Shown here one piece after another: positions 1 through 12,650 of a stretch of DNA of 64,000 nucleotides. The position numbers were made by a program, and so were the translations under genes. The stretch lies in assembly GCA_009103225.1 (NCBI GenBank), contig RHPI01001168.1, forward strand, positions 604,424-668,423, read 5' to 3'. The stretch is from Chlorokybus atmophyticus. Lineage: Eukaryota; Plantae; Mesostigma and Chlorokybus algae. Every line of letters begins with the position of its first letter. Positions within the stretch are counted from its first letter, which is position 1. Under the pieces are notes generated by a model. That model ran no database searches. It saw only the letters and a list, made by a program, of their open reading frames with translations, and was not told the DNA's origin.

Positions 1-57
1 AGATGGCTATGCTGACTTCATAGTGTTGGTGTGCACGTTACGTCATGCACATGCGTG

Positions 58-139
58 CAGCATTGCAGCATGTGGTGACTTGTGATTGTGTGCAATCAGC
101 ATTGCAGCATGTGGTGACTTGTAATTGTGTGCAATCAGC
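58..139. repeat. 39-bp tandem repeat, two full copies plus a short partial
   Basis: CAGCATTGCAGCATGTGGTGACTTGT(G/A)ATTGTGTGCAAT at 58-96 and 97-135, followed by CAGC. Confidence 0.9.
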
Positions 140-489
140 AGCTTTGCGCAAGCTGCTTGGAGCGGGAGCCAAGTACAGGTTGCCTGCAGTTGTGCGTGTT
201 GTTACTTGCTTGTTTATGCGATTGTGGGTGCCATATATAATCATGTTAACAGTTACTCAGAGCAATAGGGCTGTGTTGGTTTGATGACACCCTGGGCGAA
301 GGCTGTAGTGCGTGAGGTGCGGGCAACCGCAGCCGTCATTAGCACCTCTGAGTTGGAACGTCAATGTACAATAAACAATGGGTTTGGCACTAGCATACAT
401 CGCATCTAACCGACCTTTGGTATGTGTCCTACAATGTGCATGTATGTTTATGAAGTTGATACATGCGGTGGCGTTTTTGCTATTTTTGC

Positions 490-548
490 TATAAATTAAG
501 ACGGGGGCCAAGGCAAAGCTCGAGGACTCTGCCCCGTCTTAATTTATA
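490..548. repeat. Perfect 17-bp inverted repeat with a 25-nt loop
   Basis: TATAAATTAAGACGGGG (490-506) and CCCCGTCTTAATTTATA (532-548) are exact reverse complements. Confidence 0.9.
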
Positions 549-1872
549 CTTGCAATGTATGTTATTGCTACACATGGTTGGTGCACTCTCTTTGCCTGGA
601 TTGGGGTGTGCTTTAGCAACTCTACCGTTGGTTATACAGCGCTTTGAGAGTTGAACTTCCGGTATTCTAATGTGGACTGATGCCTATTGCCTGCCTTCCC
701 CGAAATTGCATTGTCTGAGAGCATATCAGGTAGAGCTTGATTGCAGGCTATTCAGTGGTAAACGATACTCTTATCACTTGCCAATGGCATTTCATTGGCT
801 GCGTGCGTGCATGAAGTGCTCGCGAAATTTTGTCCCAATATGATCATTAAATGCAATGCACACCTTGTAATCAAGCATGTCCGGATTACCTTGTCTGTAC
901 TTGAACTTCGCGTTACTTGTTATGTAACATCTATATTATACACATGAATCATGTAACATAATACAAAAACTGTAATGATCAACATTACTGGGTAGTACAT
1001 AATATGAGAAAGTCGCTCTTTTTGGGCACAACTCATGCCGCACAATATGCAACATGTGGTTGCCAATTATTTATGAAAACGTGTGCAGATATTTCCTACC
1101 TTTAACATTTTATATACGTCAATAATAACTATATATCAACTTATACTTATAAAAAACAAGTGATATAATGGGTACCGCGATGTATCCTATTACTGTGATA
1201 CGAACAAATGAAGACCATGCTCATGGTAGGAAATCGTTGAGAGACGGATTGTTATCATCATTAACGGATTAAACACTAATAGTCCCTTCCATGTACATAA
1301 AATCTTACATGTCAAGATTACCGACATTGAGGCTAACCTAGACTGTCTAGCAAGCGATGAAACCTCGCCAGATGCATGCATCGACGACGACACCTCGCTT
1401 CTGTCGGCGTTGTGCAACCATCACGGCAAGCCTCAAGCGCATGAGGCATTCGCAAGACAGCCTGAATGCTCAAGCCCAAGGCCCAACCCAAGGCGGCGAT
1501 GTTGTCTGATCCGGGTTTGTGCTGGTAATGTGCCCTTGATGTTGGCCACGGCAAGCTGTTGTTGGCGAAAACAGCCTCAACTTTAAGGTAAGCTGCTTGT
1601 GTTTTGGGTGTGTTTGGACAGTTCTACACACCTGAAGACAAGACTTTTGCCTTTGCCTGTTGGCAACAAGTTTACAAGACTGAACTTGCATTTCTGCACT
1701 CTGCCTGCTGCAGGAGAGGATTGCGCCTGGTGCATGCTTGCATGGTACACCAATTCAACACTGCGAGCAACTTTGAGTTGCATGCTTGGAGCCCAGCTGG
1801 AGCAGGCTAGACTACACTAGTCAGCTGGTTGTGTATAGTGTGTAACAACTACAGGGAGGGTTTGTCACCATC

Positions 1873-4800
1873 ATGGCTGCGCCGGTGGTGTTTGCGGTGA
1901 ACGGCGAGCGGGCGGAGGTGCCAGCGGGGGCCGACCCTTCTATGAGCCTGCACGACGCCATCCGCAGCTACACCCGATTCAAGGCAAGCCAGGGGACTTC
2001 TTAGGCTGCTGCACAGACAGTAGTAATGTCGAGCAATCTCTTTACAACATTCCTTGAGCATGCATACATTGCAACACTGCATGCACGCGGTGTCGCTTCT
2101 GCAACTGCATGCAGCCTTAATGTCTACTTGCACAAGAGCATGGCAGCTTGCCGTGTTGAAGCTGAGTTGACTATCATAACGATGGCAGGCCATGAAGATA
2201 GGGTGTGGTGAGGGCGGGTGCGGTGCATGCGCGGTGGAGGTGCTGCGCCTTGATCCGTGCACAGGTGCATGCATAGTTGCTTGACAATTCCACCTTGTGA
2301 ACATGTTTGGTTGCTTAACCCAACACTACGTTACAGGTAAGGTGCACATGAAAACGTTGAACTCCTGCCTCTGCCCTGTGGCCTCTGTGCATGCTGCTGC
2401 CATCATCACCGCCGAGGGCATCGGCAACGCCTCCAATGGCTTCCATCCCATCCAAGGCATTGCCACTATCTCTCTTGTTGCAATATATTGCAAGGGTATT
2501 GCACTCATCATCTTGATAGCCACCGTCTTGGCTCAGAACGCATTGCTGGCTTTCACGCGACGCAATGCGGCTTCTGCACTCCCGGCATTGTGGTAATGAA
2601 AGCCGCTGAAGTTGTTTACCTCAAACTCTGCCAACATATACTGGTGTGATACTCACTCCCACAAGCTCACAGGTTGCGACGCATGCAGCATTGGTGAACA
2701 AGAAGTTGGGTGACCGTGAACATGAGGCGATGAAGAACGGGGACGCGTTCATGCGGGCTATAGACGGGAACTTATGCCGCTGCACCGGATACCGCCCCAT
2801 CATCGATGCATGCAGGGTGCGCGATGGGTATCCATGACGCATGCATGTTTGTTGTGGATGCGCTTACTTAGCCCATGAGGAACAGAGCCTGGTTGATGGC
2901 GTTGATGTGGAAGACCTCGGCGTGCACTCCTGCGCGGTCACGCCATGCGCAGACTGTCCCGTACCAACCTTCCCAGACTTCCTCAAAGCCTTTGCCACCG
3001 CAGTAAGCAATGTGACGCTTGAGCTTTGCGATTGCAGCACACCTACCTACCGCCTGTTGAGATACACGCACATGCACACACGTGCGAACGCACACATACC
3101 AGCGATGCACAACGTTTACTGCAAGGTTGAAAGCATCTACAACTGCAGTGCGAATACGAATGTTACCATGTATGTACGAATACAAATCCGGGTGTATGTG
3201 GGACACGTGCTTGAGCACGAGCGCACGCACGCACGCGCACACTCATAGCGACATGCACACTTGCACGTACGCACGACGAGACACAAAAACACTCAAAATC
3301 ACGTATCGCATCGGCGGTTGTGCATGTCATCAACGCGCCCCATACACTCAGGCCAAGCTCCCAACGCACACCTCCGAGCGCTGCACCTGGCGCTCGCCTC
3401 TCTCCCTCTCTGAGCTGTGGACGATCATGGCCTCAACCCCTGGCATCCGCCTGGTCGCTGCCAACACGGGCCCGGGCATCTTCAAGGACTGGCCCCGGAC
3501 AGGGGACCTCGTGTGGGTCGGAGCCGTAGCGGAGCTGCGCGTGCTTCGTGTGGAGAAGGAAAGGGCCGGTGGTGGTGGGAAGAGAGAGGTTGTTGTGGGA
3601 GGCGCCGTGAGCTTCGGGGAGCTTGTGGACTTGCTTGAGGAGGAGAGGAAGAGTCCGGGAGCGAACGAGCAGGCCCTCAGCGCAATGATCGACATGCTGA
3701 ACCACATTGCAGGTGCAGTGTGTGTATAGTTATGCACGTGCGTGCGTGCGCGCACGTGCGTGTATGCTTGAAGAGTAATTCATCATGAGATTGCTTCGTT
3801 GCAAAGGGCACCATGTGAGGTATGCTGCAACGATTGGAGGCCACTTTGCGCTGTGGCGACAGAGAGCGTTTGAGTCCGATGCGTGCACGCTGCTCGCGGC
3901 CGCGGATGCACGCGTCTGCGTGGCATCTCGCAAGGATGCTAGGTAAGCGGGTGGAGTTTGATGTTGGGTTGAGAGCCCGAGATGATGATACTGAACATGA
4001 TGTGGTGTCTTCCAGGTGGTTGTCGGTGCAGCAGATTCAGGACGCCAGTACGCCGCTGGACCTGGGTGGCATGGAGGTGGTGAAGGAGGTGCACGTGCCA
4101 CTGCCAAGCTCAGGGGAGCGCTTCTTCACCCACAAGGTATAACCGTACACAAAAGCACACGCACACGCCCGCATACAGACATGTTCAATCACGAGGTGCT
4201 GGTACAACCACAGTACAGCTGTTCATCCTATGGATTCACTCTTTTACACTTGGCTGGCAGCTGCCTTTTTGCTTCAGTCACAACATCTGTATCAGCGAAC
4301 GGCGTTGTATCACATATGTGATGTCGTCTGTACTGTGTGTGCCCCACAGATAGCCAGAGGAAGAAAGTTCAACAGTCATGCGGTTGTCAACATCGCAGTT
4401 CGCTTGACCCCAAGCAAAGCTGTAAGCGGCAAGAGTGAGCACGTGTGCAACGGCACGCATGGTAATGCATACACCGCGCGCATCGTCTTTGGCGCTCCCG
4501 ACTCCACCTCAGAAGGTAACTGAGCTGTTGTTCGGTAGATGTGTTTGTGTTCTCCAACTCATCTACTGCATACACTTCACGCAGGCTCCAGCAAGTGGGT
4601 ATGTGGAGAGAGTCCGAACACAGAAGCCGCACTCAACTCTAGGCCACTGAACATGCAGGCCCTCATCACTGCACTGGAAGCTTTCCGCACCGACACGACA
4701 AACGGTAGTTCTATTTGACTTGACTCGCAAGGCCTAATATTACACCCTGACATTGTGTGTATGTGTGTACAGCTGGCGTGGACGCCTCACACGCGCAGGT

Positions 4801-7800
4801 GCTGCAGGCCCTTCTCTTCGAAGCACTTGCAGGCTTGACCTCTGCTCCTTTTTGGCTCCTTTCACAAGGAGAAGGTGGAAACGCTTCCGCTGCTGACCTC
4901 CTGGCCAACGCAAAACTCTCACCGGCGCCCTCAGCCGTGCGCGGCACGCAGATTGTCCCGGATGACGACCCCTCGGACCGTAGCCGTGCCCCCGTACACC
5001 GCATGATCCCAAAGGACCGCGCCCGCTTGCAAGTGAGTGCATGCCTCACGCTGCCTGTGTGTATATGTGTGCGCGCGCATGTGCATGCGTGTGTCAATGT
5101 GCATGTCAGTGTATGTATCTATGCGCGTGTGCGCGCACACACATACAGGCAGATATAGACACACGCTTGCGCGCGCACACACACTCTCTGTATGCCTGCA
5201 TGTGCATGTGTGTGTTGGTCTTCAACCCTGCATTACCTCAGGCTAGCGGGGAGGCAGCGTACGTGTCCGATTTGGCCCTCCCGCGTATGCTGCACGGTGC
5301 CTACGTCGAATCCACTCGGCCGCTGGCCATGCTTGAGAGCGTAGACCCATGCTTGGCATTGGGTCTACCAGGAGTGCGCGGCTTCGTGTGCGCAAAGGAC
5401 ATATGCGGGATGGTGCAGCCGTGGAGCGGCGGGCAACCCATCTTCGCGAACAAGAAGGTGGAATATGTTGGCCAACCCGTCGGTCTTATACTCGCGGACA
5501 CGTCAGCGTTGGCGCAAGAGGCCGCGGCGATGGTCAACGTTGTTTACGTGGACACGCCTCCCTCCGCGCTTTCACCAATCCTCTCCTTGTCCGCTGCGCG
5601 TGCAGCAGAGTCGTTCTTTACTGACCCAACATTAGCCTCAATGGGCGTTGTGTCGCACGGGCACGCTGCTGAAGCCCTGCGAGACGCAGAGTACGTGTTG
5701 AAAGGCGTGTGCACCACGCCACCGCAGCAGCACTTCTATCTGGAGCCGCAGGTGGCGCTCGCCGCGTGGGACGAGGGTGCGGGCGAAGAGAGCGTGTTGA
5801 GGGTGTGGTCCAGTACGCAGTCTATCGATGCCGTCCAGAACGCCGTCGCGAAGGTCGTCGGCGTCCCCGCGAAGAACGTGTGCGTGACATGCCGAAGGCT
5901 CGGCGGTGGGTTCGGAGGGAAGACCTCGTGGCCGATGTATATCGCGGCTGCCGCGGCCGTCGCTGCGGAAAAGCTTCACGTGCCCGTACGCCTCAACCTT
6001 GACCGAAACGCTGACTTCCGCCTCGGCGCAGGTGAGTAGCAGGTTGTTGTGTGGTGGCGTTGCGGACGTGTGTGTCAACATGTTGTTGTTGTCAGGGCGC
6101 GCGGAGAGTCTCGTGGAGTACGAGGTGGGGTTTGACGGCAGCGGGATGGTACAAGCACTGCGTGTGAAGGGGTTCGTGCAAGCGGGCCCGTGGCATGATA
6201 CGGCGTCATTCGACCTGGACGGCCTGGCGGCCTGCATTGATAGCGCCTACAACATACCGCATCTGAGCGTGGACGTCAAACTTTGTCGCACCAACCTCGC
6301 GCCCCGCGTCATCATGCGTGCGCCTGGCTACTCCCAGGTGAGCATCACATGCACGCACTTGCGCATCCGCGTGTGTGCTTGCGCTTGCGCGCTTGTGCCT
6401 ATAGACACATGCACACATATGCAAGCACACCTCGCACGTGTGGACACTCCTTTGCACATCCACACACGGGCGCATGTGTGTGCGCGCGCGTATGCGCACG
6501 CGCGCGTCCGCGCACACACGCACACGCGCGCGCGCTCACTCACTCACTCACTCGCTCACTTTTGCGCATCATGCATATTGTCTGTGCATTGTCGGTGAAG
6601 TCACATGAGTAACACATCTCCAGGCGGCACTCGTGAATGAAACCATCATGGAGCATGTGGCCGCGCACCTGGGTATCGACTCGGCGACCGTCAAGCGCCG
6701 CAACTTCTTCCCACCATCTACTCCACCATCCGTGCCACGTCCGCTGACAGAGCCGTTGCCATCATCTAACGGAGTCCTCAGCTGCCGGCGCGCGGGGCGG
6801 TACCGTGGCATTGGCAGTGATGGTGGTGGCAAGACTCCCGGCGGGAAAGGTGGTGCTGCCGTCGGCCCCGTCAAAGGCCTTGACACGATGGTGCACGTGT
6901 GGGAGCAGCTGTTGGACATGTCGGACTATGAGGCTCGTGCGGCGCATGTAGAAGCGTTCAACGCCAAGGTGAAGAAGAACTTATTACGTGTGTGCGTGCG
7001 TGTGTGCGTGTGTGCTCGTCCAACTCTGTGCATTGTGTCCTCAGAGTGTGTGGAGAAAGAGGGGTATTGCTGTCGCGCCGACCAAGTTCAGCGTGTCGGC
7101 CCCACCCAACACCGCCAGCGTCAACGTGTATGGTGACGGGACCTTTGTTGTTGCTGCTGGTGGCCTTGAGATGGGCCAGGTGCGTGGCAACGTTGATGTT
7201 GATGTCCAGTCAGATGTGATAACCAAACATCACCTGAGACTTGAATCTCAACAGGGCCTTCACACTAAAGTGCTGCAGACGGCTGTGTACGCCCTGTCAA
7301 TGGCACTCCCCGAGGCAAGAGATGATGATGATGATGATGAGATGGTTGTGGTTGTTTCACCGCTGTAGCTTATTCATTGCTTCAGTTGTACAACAACGCT
7401 GTGATCTTGGGTCCATTACAGGACGAGAGGCCGCTGCCAATGAGCATGGCACGCATGTCGGATACAAGCTCAGAAGTAGTTCCCGGCGGCGGGGAGACGT
7501 GGGGCTCGACCGGCAGCGAGGGTGCATGTGCGGCCGCACGCAATGCATGTGCGCACATCGTCCGCAGCATCAAGCCTTACATCAAGTAAGTCTTATTGTG
7601 TACATGTGGCGGTACAAAAGCACACAACAGCTGCATAACAACGTGTTCATGCGCAGGCCGACGGGTAATGCGGTCAACACATGGTGCGCAGCCCTCAGTG
7701 AGCTGTATCCGGACCCAATGTTTGGACCACCCAACGCTCTCCTCTCTGCGTATGGCTACTTTGACGGCACTGTGAGCAGTGATGATGTTGGCAACGCCGA

Positions 7801-8715
7801 TGCTGCACCGTCCGTGGAGTACCCGGCCTTTGGGGCAAGCTGCAGCGAGGTTGAGATTGATATACTGACGGGTGAGGGCGCACGCACTCGCACCAATGCA
7901 CTAGATGCACGCATGCTCGCATGCATTTCTGTCGTTAACTCCTCATTGCTAAGAGAGTGTGGGTGGGTTTGCATGGCAGGAGAGAAGGAGATCTTGAGGA
8001 GTGATCTTGTGTACGACGTGGGGCGAAGCCTCAACCCCGCGCTGGATATCGGCCAGATGGAGGGCGCGTTCGTGCAGGGCGTCGGCTGGCTCGCCACCGA
8101 GGAGGTGAGACGCAGGGAGAGAGCAACGTTGTGTTTGTGTCTTGTGAAGACGTGATACATGATATCGATTGTGACTGCATCAATCTACAAAGGTGATGCT
8201 GGATCCTGAGTCTGGACGGCTCGTCACCGACAGCACCTGGACGTACAAACCCCCGAGCTCGGGAGACCTCCCGAAGGACTTACGCGTGGCCTTCCTCAAG
8301 GTGTGTGCGCGTGAGTGTGCGTGTGCGTGTGCGTCGTGGTTGCATCCATCAGATGTACATAAGCACAATGAGGTCTCCCTCTTTCGCGCAGAACTCGCGC
8401 AATCCGCGCGGTGTGATGAGCAGCAAGGCCATCGGCGAATCCACCTTCATGCTTGCTGTGGCGGTGCTGTCGGCGCTGCGCAAGGCCGCGGCCGCCGGTC
8501 GCGCGCAGCTCTCAAACCTTGCAGGCGATGTTGTTGTTGATGACGGCGGCAACAACAACATCCGTAAGGAGAAGGAGATGGAAGACATGTTGGCCGTGCC
8601 CGCCACGCATGCACGCATCCGTGCCGCCTGCGGGGAGGTGTGGGTCGCGGACCTCCTGCGCAGAGCTGCCCCGAATGTGGAGGCGCCCAAGGAGGACGGC
8701 TGGGAGCTTGTGTGA
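1873..8715 (+). CDS. Aldehyde oxidase-type molybdo-flavoenzyme (xanthine oxidoreductase family), multi-exon
   Basis: Spliced frame starts [16 protein letters not shown]. It carries 2Fe-2S motifs [13 protein letters not shown] and [16 protein letters not shown], the FAD-domain motif [10 protein letters not shown], and Moco-domain motifs [47 protein letters not shown] and SKAIGE. Stop TGA at 8713-8715. First exons traced: 1873-1983, 2189-2264, 2337-2456, then from 2537. Confidence 0.93.
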
Positions 8716-9020
8716 GAAATGTACACACGGGTTGGGTGTGTGGGTGTGTGGTATACTTGTGTATATACGCTTGGTGTTCGTGTGCCAGCTTAGGTGTACA
8801 GCAACTGCGTCCATGGCGGCTCAACGTGCCCCAGAGGACAGGCTTGTATGTAATGTAAATGTGTGTATAGAGTGTGTGTAGTTGTTGGTGGAGGGATACC
8901 AAGTGATATCATGCCTGTTGCACCTGTACAAAGGCAACGGCTGCATATCTACATCCTACGCTAGCTAAGTTAAGTGTGCTAGCAGTAACTACATATACAT
9001 AGTTGATTCTAACAATGAGT

Positions 9021-9593
9021 CTACACGACCTCCCTATAGTCCCTTCGGCAGACAGGGCAGGCGTGTCTGCGCGAGAACCAACGTAATGCGCAGCGCGTGT
9101 GGAACGCGTGCCCGCACGGTGGCACCAGAAGTTGCGGATGAGGTTGTTGATCTTGTGGCTCTTGTGACTGTCGTTGCGGCCCTGCCTCTGTATCTATGAG
9201 GCTGTCAAGACAGATGGCGCAATCACCACGTGAAGCTGTCGGTGGCGACGATGTCATCGCATTGTGCAACCAGGAGTGCATCAGCGAGTGCGACAGTCCG
9301 CCACCACTGCGTTGACACGCCCTCTCGCTGTCGTTCTCCTCCTCTTCATCCAGAGCAAGCAGACGTTCATACGTCCACTCATCCTCCTCTCCGTGGTCCT
9401 CACCCCGGTCAGAGTCCTCCTCCCAGTCGCGCTCGCTGTCGGGGTCACGGAAGGACAAGTCGTACGCAGCGCGGCCTGGCAGAGGCGCTGCCAGACGTGC
9501 CTCTTCGCGTGCCCGAGCCGCCAACAACACGGTGGCTTCTGTTGTTGCTTCTGTTGGTGTTGGTGTTGTGGATGCTTGTGGTGGCAAAGGCAT
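9021..9593 (-). CDS. RING-H2 zinc-finger protein (probable E3 ubiquitin ligase)
   Basis: CAICLDSL...PCGHAFHTRCALRWFSRRHACPVCR fits the C3H2C3 pattern, preceded by WTYERLLALDE. The ORF is uninterrupted; upstream exons cannot be excluded. Confidence 0.85.
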   Translation of the reverse strand: MPLPPQASTTPTPTEATTEATVLLAARAREEARLAAPLPGRAAYDLSFRDPDSERDWEEDSDRGEDHGEEDEWTYERLLALDEEEENDSERACQRSGGGLSHSLMHSWLHNAMTSSPPTASRGDCAICLDSLIDTEAGPQRQSQEPQDQQPHPQLLVPPCGHAFHTRCALRWFSRRHACPVCRRDYREVV

Positions 9594-10401
9594 GGCTCAT
9601 GCCCTGTGCTTCTCTTTCATTAGGGGTACTGACTTGTCCTGCGAGCATGGTATGGTCATGTTGTGGTGGTCGGCTTTGCAACGATGGGATACATGTTGCG
9701 CGTCACCTCCGCAAACGACAATAAGAGAACTGCATTGGGGGAGGCGTTGCATAGAGTGCAAGTGCGTAAAAGTACTTGTGAATAGCTGCTGTGTGCGAGC
9801 TGCATCAAGCTGCCAAGCCAGCTGCCCATCAACAACCGCACTCATAGAGCAATGTCCACGATTGTGTGCACTAGATTGAACCGGTATATGTCTCTCACAT
9901 CAGGTTGCATGCGTGTGCACAACAGCACGTCATACATAGTCTGTAAACAATACAACAGTAACAATGGACTCACAGAAGTAACACACTGCATCCGCCGGTA
10001 TTTATCACGCAGCTAGACACCTGATTGGCATCGGCCGTCACCGCCGCCGACGCCGACGCCAGAGGTGGTTCAGACGGATCACAAACGGTTCGCTTTCTCA
10101 GCCTCACCGGATCAACGACAAGCAGCGTCCAGCGTGATCACATGATGATCTGAAATGTTTCAATTTCTACACGCGCGCGCGCGAGCGACGCAAAAAGTGG
10201 TTTTCATTTTGATTCAATGTCAGATTCAAGGTCATCGTCTCAAAAAGTGTTGAGTAGATCCGGACTTGTTGGGTAGGCCTATCGTAGGCCGCTCTCACTT
10301 TTCCAAATTTGAAATGCCTTTGTGAATCATCTGAACACGGCATGCGCTTTTGGCAATTGGCTGGAGCCACGTGGCAGCTTTGCCGTTGTCGTCATCCGTC
10401 A

Positions 10402-10433
<32 letters not shown>

Positions 10434-10475
10434 TCGCTTGAGGTCGGGGGCTATCTCTTTCCCCTGTACCTCGCC

Positions 10476-12365
10476 ATGGCTGGTGGCAGAGGCAACGTCA
10501 GTCGCGCGGACCCCGTGGGTTGCCTGCCCGCGGAGCTGGTGGCCAGGGTGCTGGCGGCGGTGGTGGCAGCGGCGGCGACGGGGTCAGGGGGAGCGGCGGA
10601 GGCGGGGAGGACGCTGGCGAGGGCGGCGTGCGTCAGGTGAGGAACGCAGGGGAAGGGTGTGGTGTGGTGTGGTGCGGGTTGTCAATTGTGTGTGGAAGGG
10701 TGTGGTGATGCATTAGAGAGTGCACAGCTTCACCACATGGGATGAGTCGGATACGCACACACTTGTTGTACCACAGTTGATTTGATTTGATAGCAAATGA
10801 TACTTAGCAAGTAAGACATAATGCAAAGTGTGAGTGATGTTTGTTCATGTTGGCGGATTTGTAGCCGTGCGTGGCGAGCAATTGCGGAAGACGAGGCGTT
10901 GTGGCAGCCGCTGTGCGCCCTCGACTGGCCCGCCTTGCAACAGGTATACATTCGTTCAGCCTTGCACAGACCACAACAGCTCAACAACACACACAAACCA
11001 CAATTATGATAGAATGCAACAGCACACGAAGCACGACATGCACGCAAAGAATCCGTATGCTGTGTTGCACCTATAATATGTCCGTTATGTTGCTACTTGC
11101 TTGTCAGGACGATCACAGCATTGTGTCACGTCGTATCGTTCTGCATGACTGGATACCAACAGTTTCTTTGTACTCAACAAAACGCAACACAACAGTGTGC
11201 AATGCACCTCAACCCAACACAACGCATCCACTCACGCACTCCCCCAGGAGTGCGCGGCTTCGTGTGCGCAAAGGACATATGCGGGATGGTGCAGCCGTGG
11301 AGCGGCGGGCAACCCATCTTCGCGAACAAGAAGGTGGAATATGTTGGCCAACCCGTCGGTCTTATACTCGCGGACACGTCAGCGTTGGCGCAAGAGGCCG
11401 CGGCGATGGTCAACGTTGTTTACGTGGACACGCCTCCCTCCGCGCTTTCACCAATCCTCTCCTTGTCCGCTGCGCGTGCAGCAGAGTCGTTCTTTACTGA
11501 CCCAACATTAGCCTCAATGGGCGTTGTGTCGCACGGGCACGCTGCTGAAGCCCTGCGAGACGCAGAGTACGTGTTGAAAGGCGTGTGCACCACGCCACCG
11601 CAGCAGCACTTCTATCTGGAGCCGCAGGTGGCGCTCGCCGCGTGGGACGAGGGTGCGGGCGAAGAGAGCGTGTTGAGGGTGTGGTCCAGTACGCAGTCTA
11701 TCGATGCCGTCCAGAACGCCGTCGCGAAGGTCGTCGGCGTCCCCGCGAAGAACGTGTGCGTGACATGCCGAAGGCTCGGCGGTGGGTTCGGAGGGAAGAC
11801 CTCGTGGCCGATGTATATCGCGGCTGCCGCGGCCGTCGCTGCGGAAAAGCTTCACGTGCCCGTACGNAGGGAGAGAGAAAGGGAGTGGGCGGAACCAAGA
11901 CTAACGTGGCATGTTGTGAGGAAGGCGACGGGGAAGGTGGGTACGGTGATGGGTGTGGTGGTGGTGGTGGTGGTGGTGTGAGTGATTGTTGGGTTATTGC
12001 TTGCCAGGTGGCTTGTTTAATGGACGCGAGGGCGGTGTTCCCGAGGCTGTTAGGCATGTTGGGTCCGCAGCTGAGAGGGGAGTACAGGCCGCTCACGTGC
12101 TCGCAGGACTTGCCTTCACTACACCAAACACTCCGCATACAAGTAAGACCCACAGAGCTGTACATGTTGGGTATGTTGCCGTGTGCGTGTGCGCGTGACA
12201 CAACATGTCCACGTGCAGGCCGAGGCGTTCTTTGATGTGCGGGACTACGAGAGCTGGCCGACGGTGTGCTCGGCGCTGCACCTGCAGGTTACCGCAAAGG
12301 AGGAGGCCGTGTCGTGGGGACTCATGGCTGCCCTGCTCGAGGAACTCCCGCTCACTTGGTGCTGA
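10476..12365 (+). CDS. F-box protein, multi-exon; middle part obscured by a duplicated segment and an N
   Basis: Exons 10476-10636 and 10865-10943 splice in phase to DPVGCLPAELVARVL...LARAACVSRAWRAIAEDEALWQPLC (F-box). Later in-phase exons near 12008-12141 and 12219-12365 end LEELPLTWC*. Linking the two halves is inferred. Confidence 0.7.
11244..11866 (+). repeat. 623-bp copy of aldehyde oxidase exon sequence 5368-5990
   Basis: Constant offset of 5876 at both ends with no differences seen by eye. The copy ends exactly at the single N at 11867. Confidence 0.9.
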
Positions 12366-12650
12366 TACGCGTAAAGACAACAACCACATACATGGCGTGT
12401 GCGTGCGTGTTTTTGCACGCACGCGTGTGTACATATGTACATGTAGAGTGTAGGAGTACGTACGTATGTAGACTGTGCTTGAGCGATGATGAATTAAGGC
12501 TCAACCAACAATAAGTCGCTCGCGTGTTTGAGTGGTTGAATTGAGCAGCTTCATCCAGCAACGGGGGGACCGTTACGGTCACGGTCAACGCGTGCCTTTT
12601 GCACAGTCTTACTCAACACAACACATCCTCAGTCTCAACAGTGTTCCGAG

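Noticed and set aside
1560-1740. Exon-like segment with donor/acceptor sites upstream of the oxidase
   Set aside because: No recognisable protein and no way to link it to a transcript; it could be 5'-UTR exons or chance.
1873-8715. Xanthine dehydrogenase call
   Set aside because: The XDH substrate-binding Glu (GFGGKE) and Arg equivalents are absent, and the motifs match aldehyde oxidases.
10133-10153. C/D snoRNA (ATGATGA next to CTGA)
   Set aside because: The boxes are adjacent, with no proper spacing, terminal stem or guide region.
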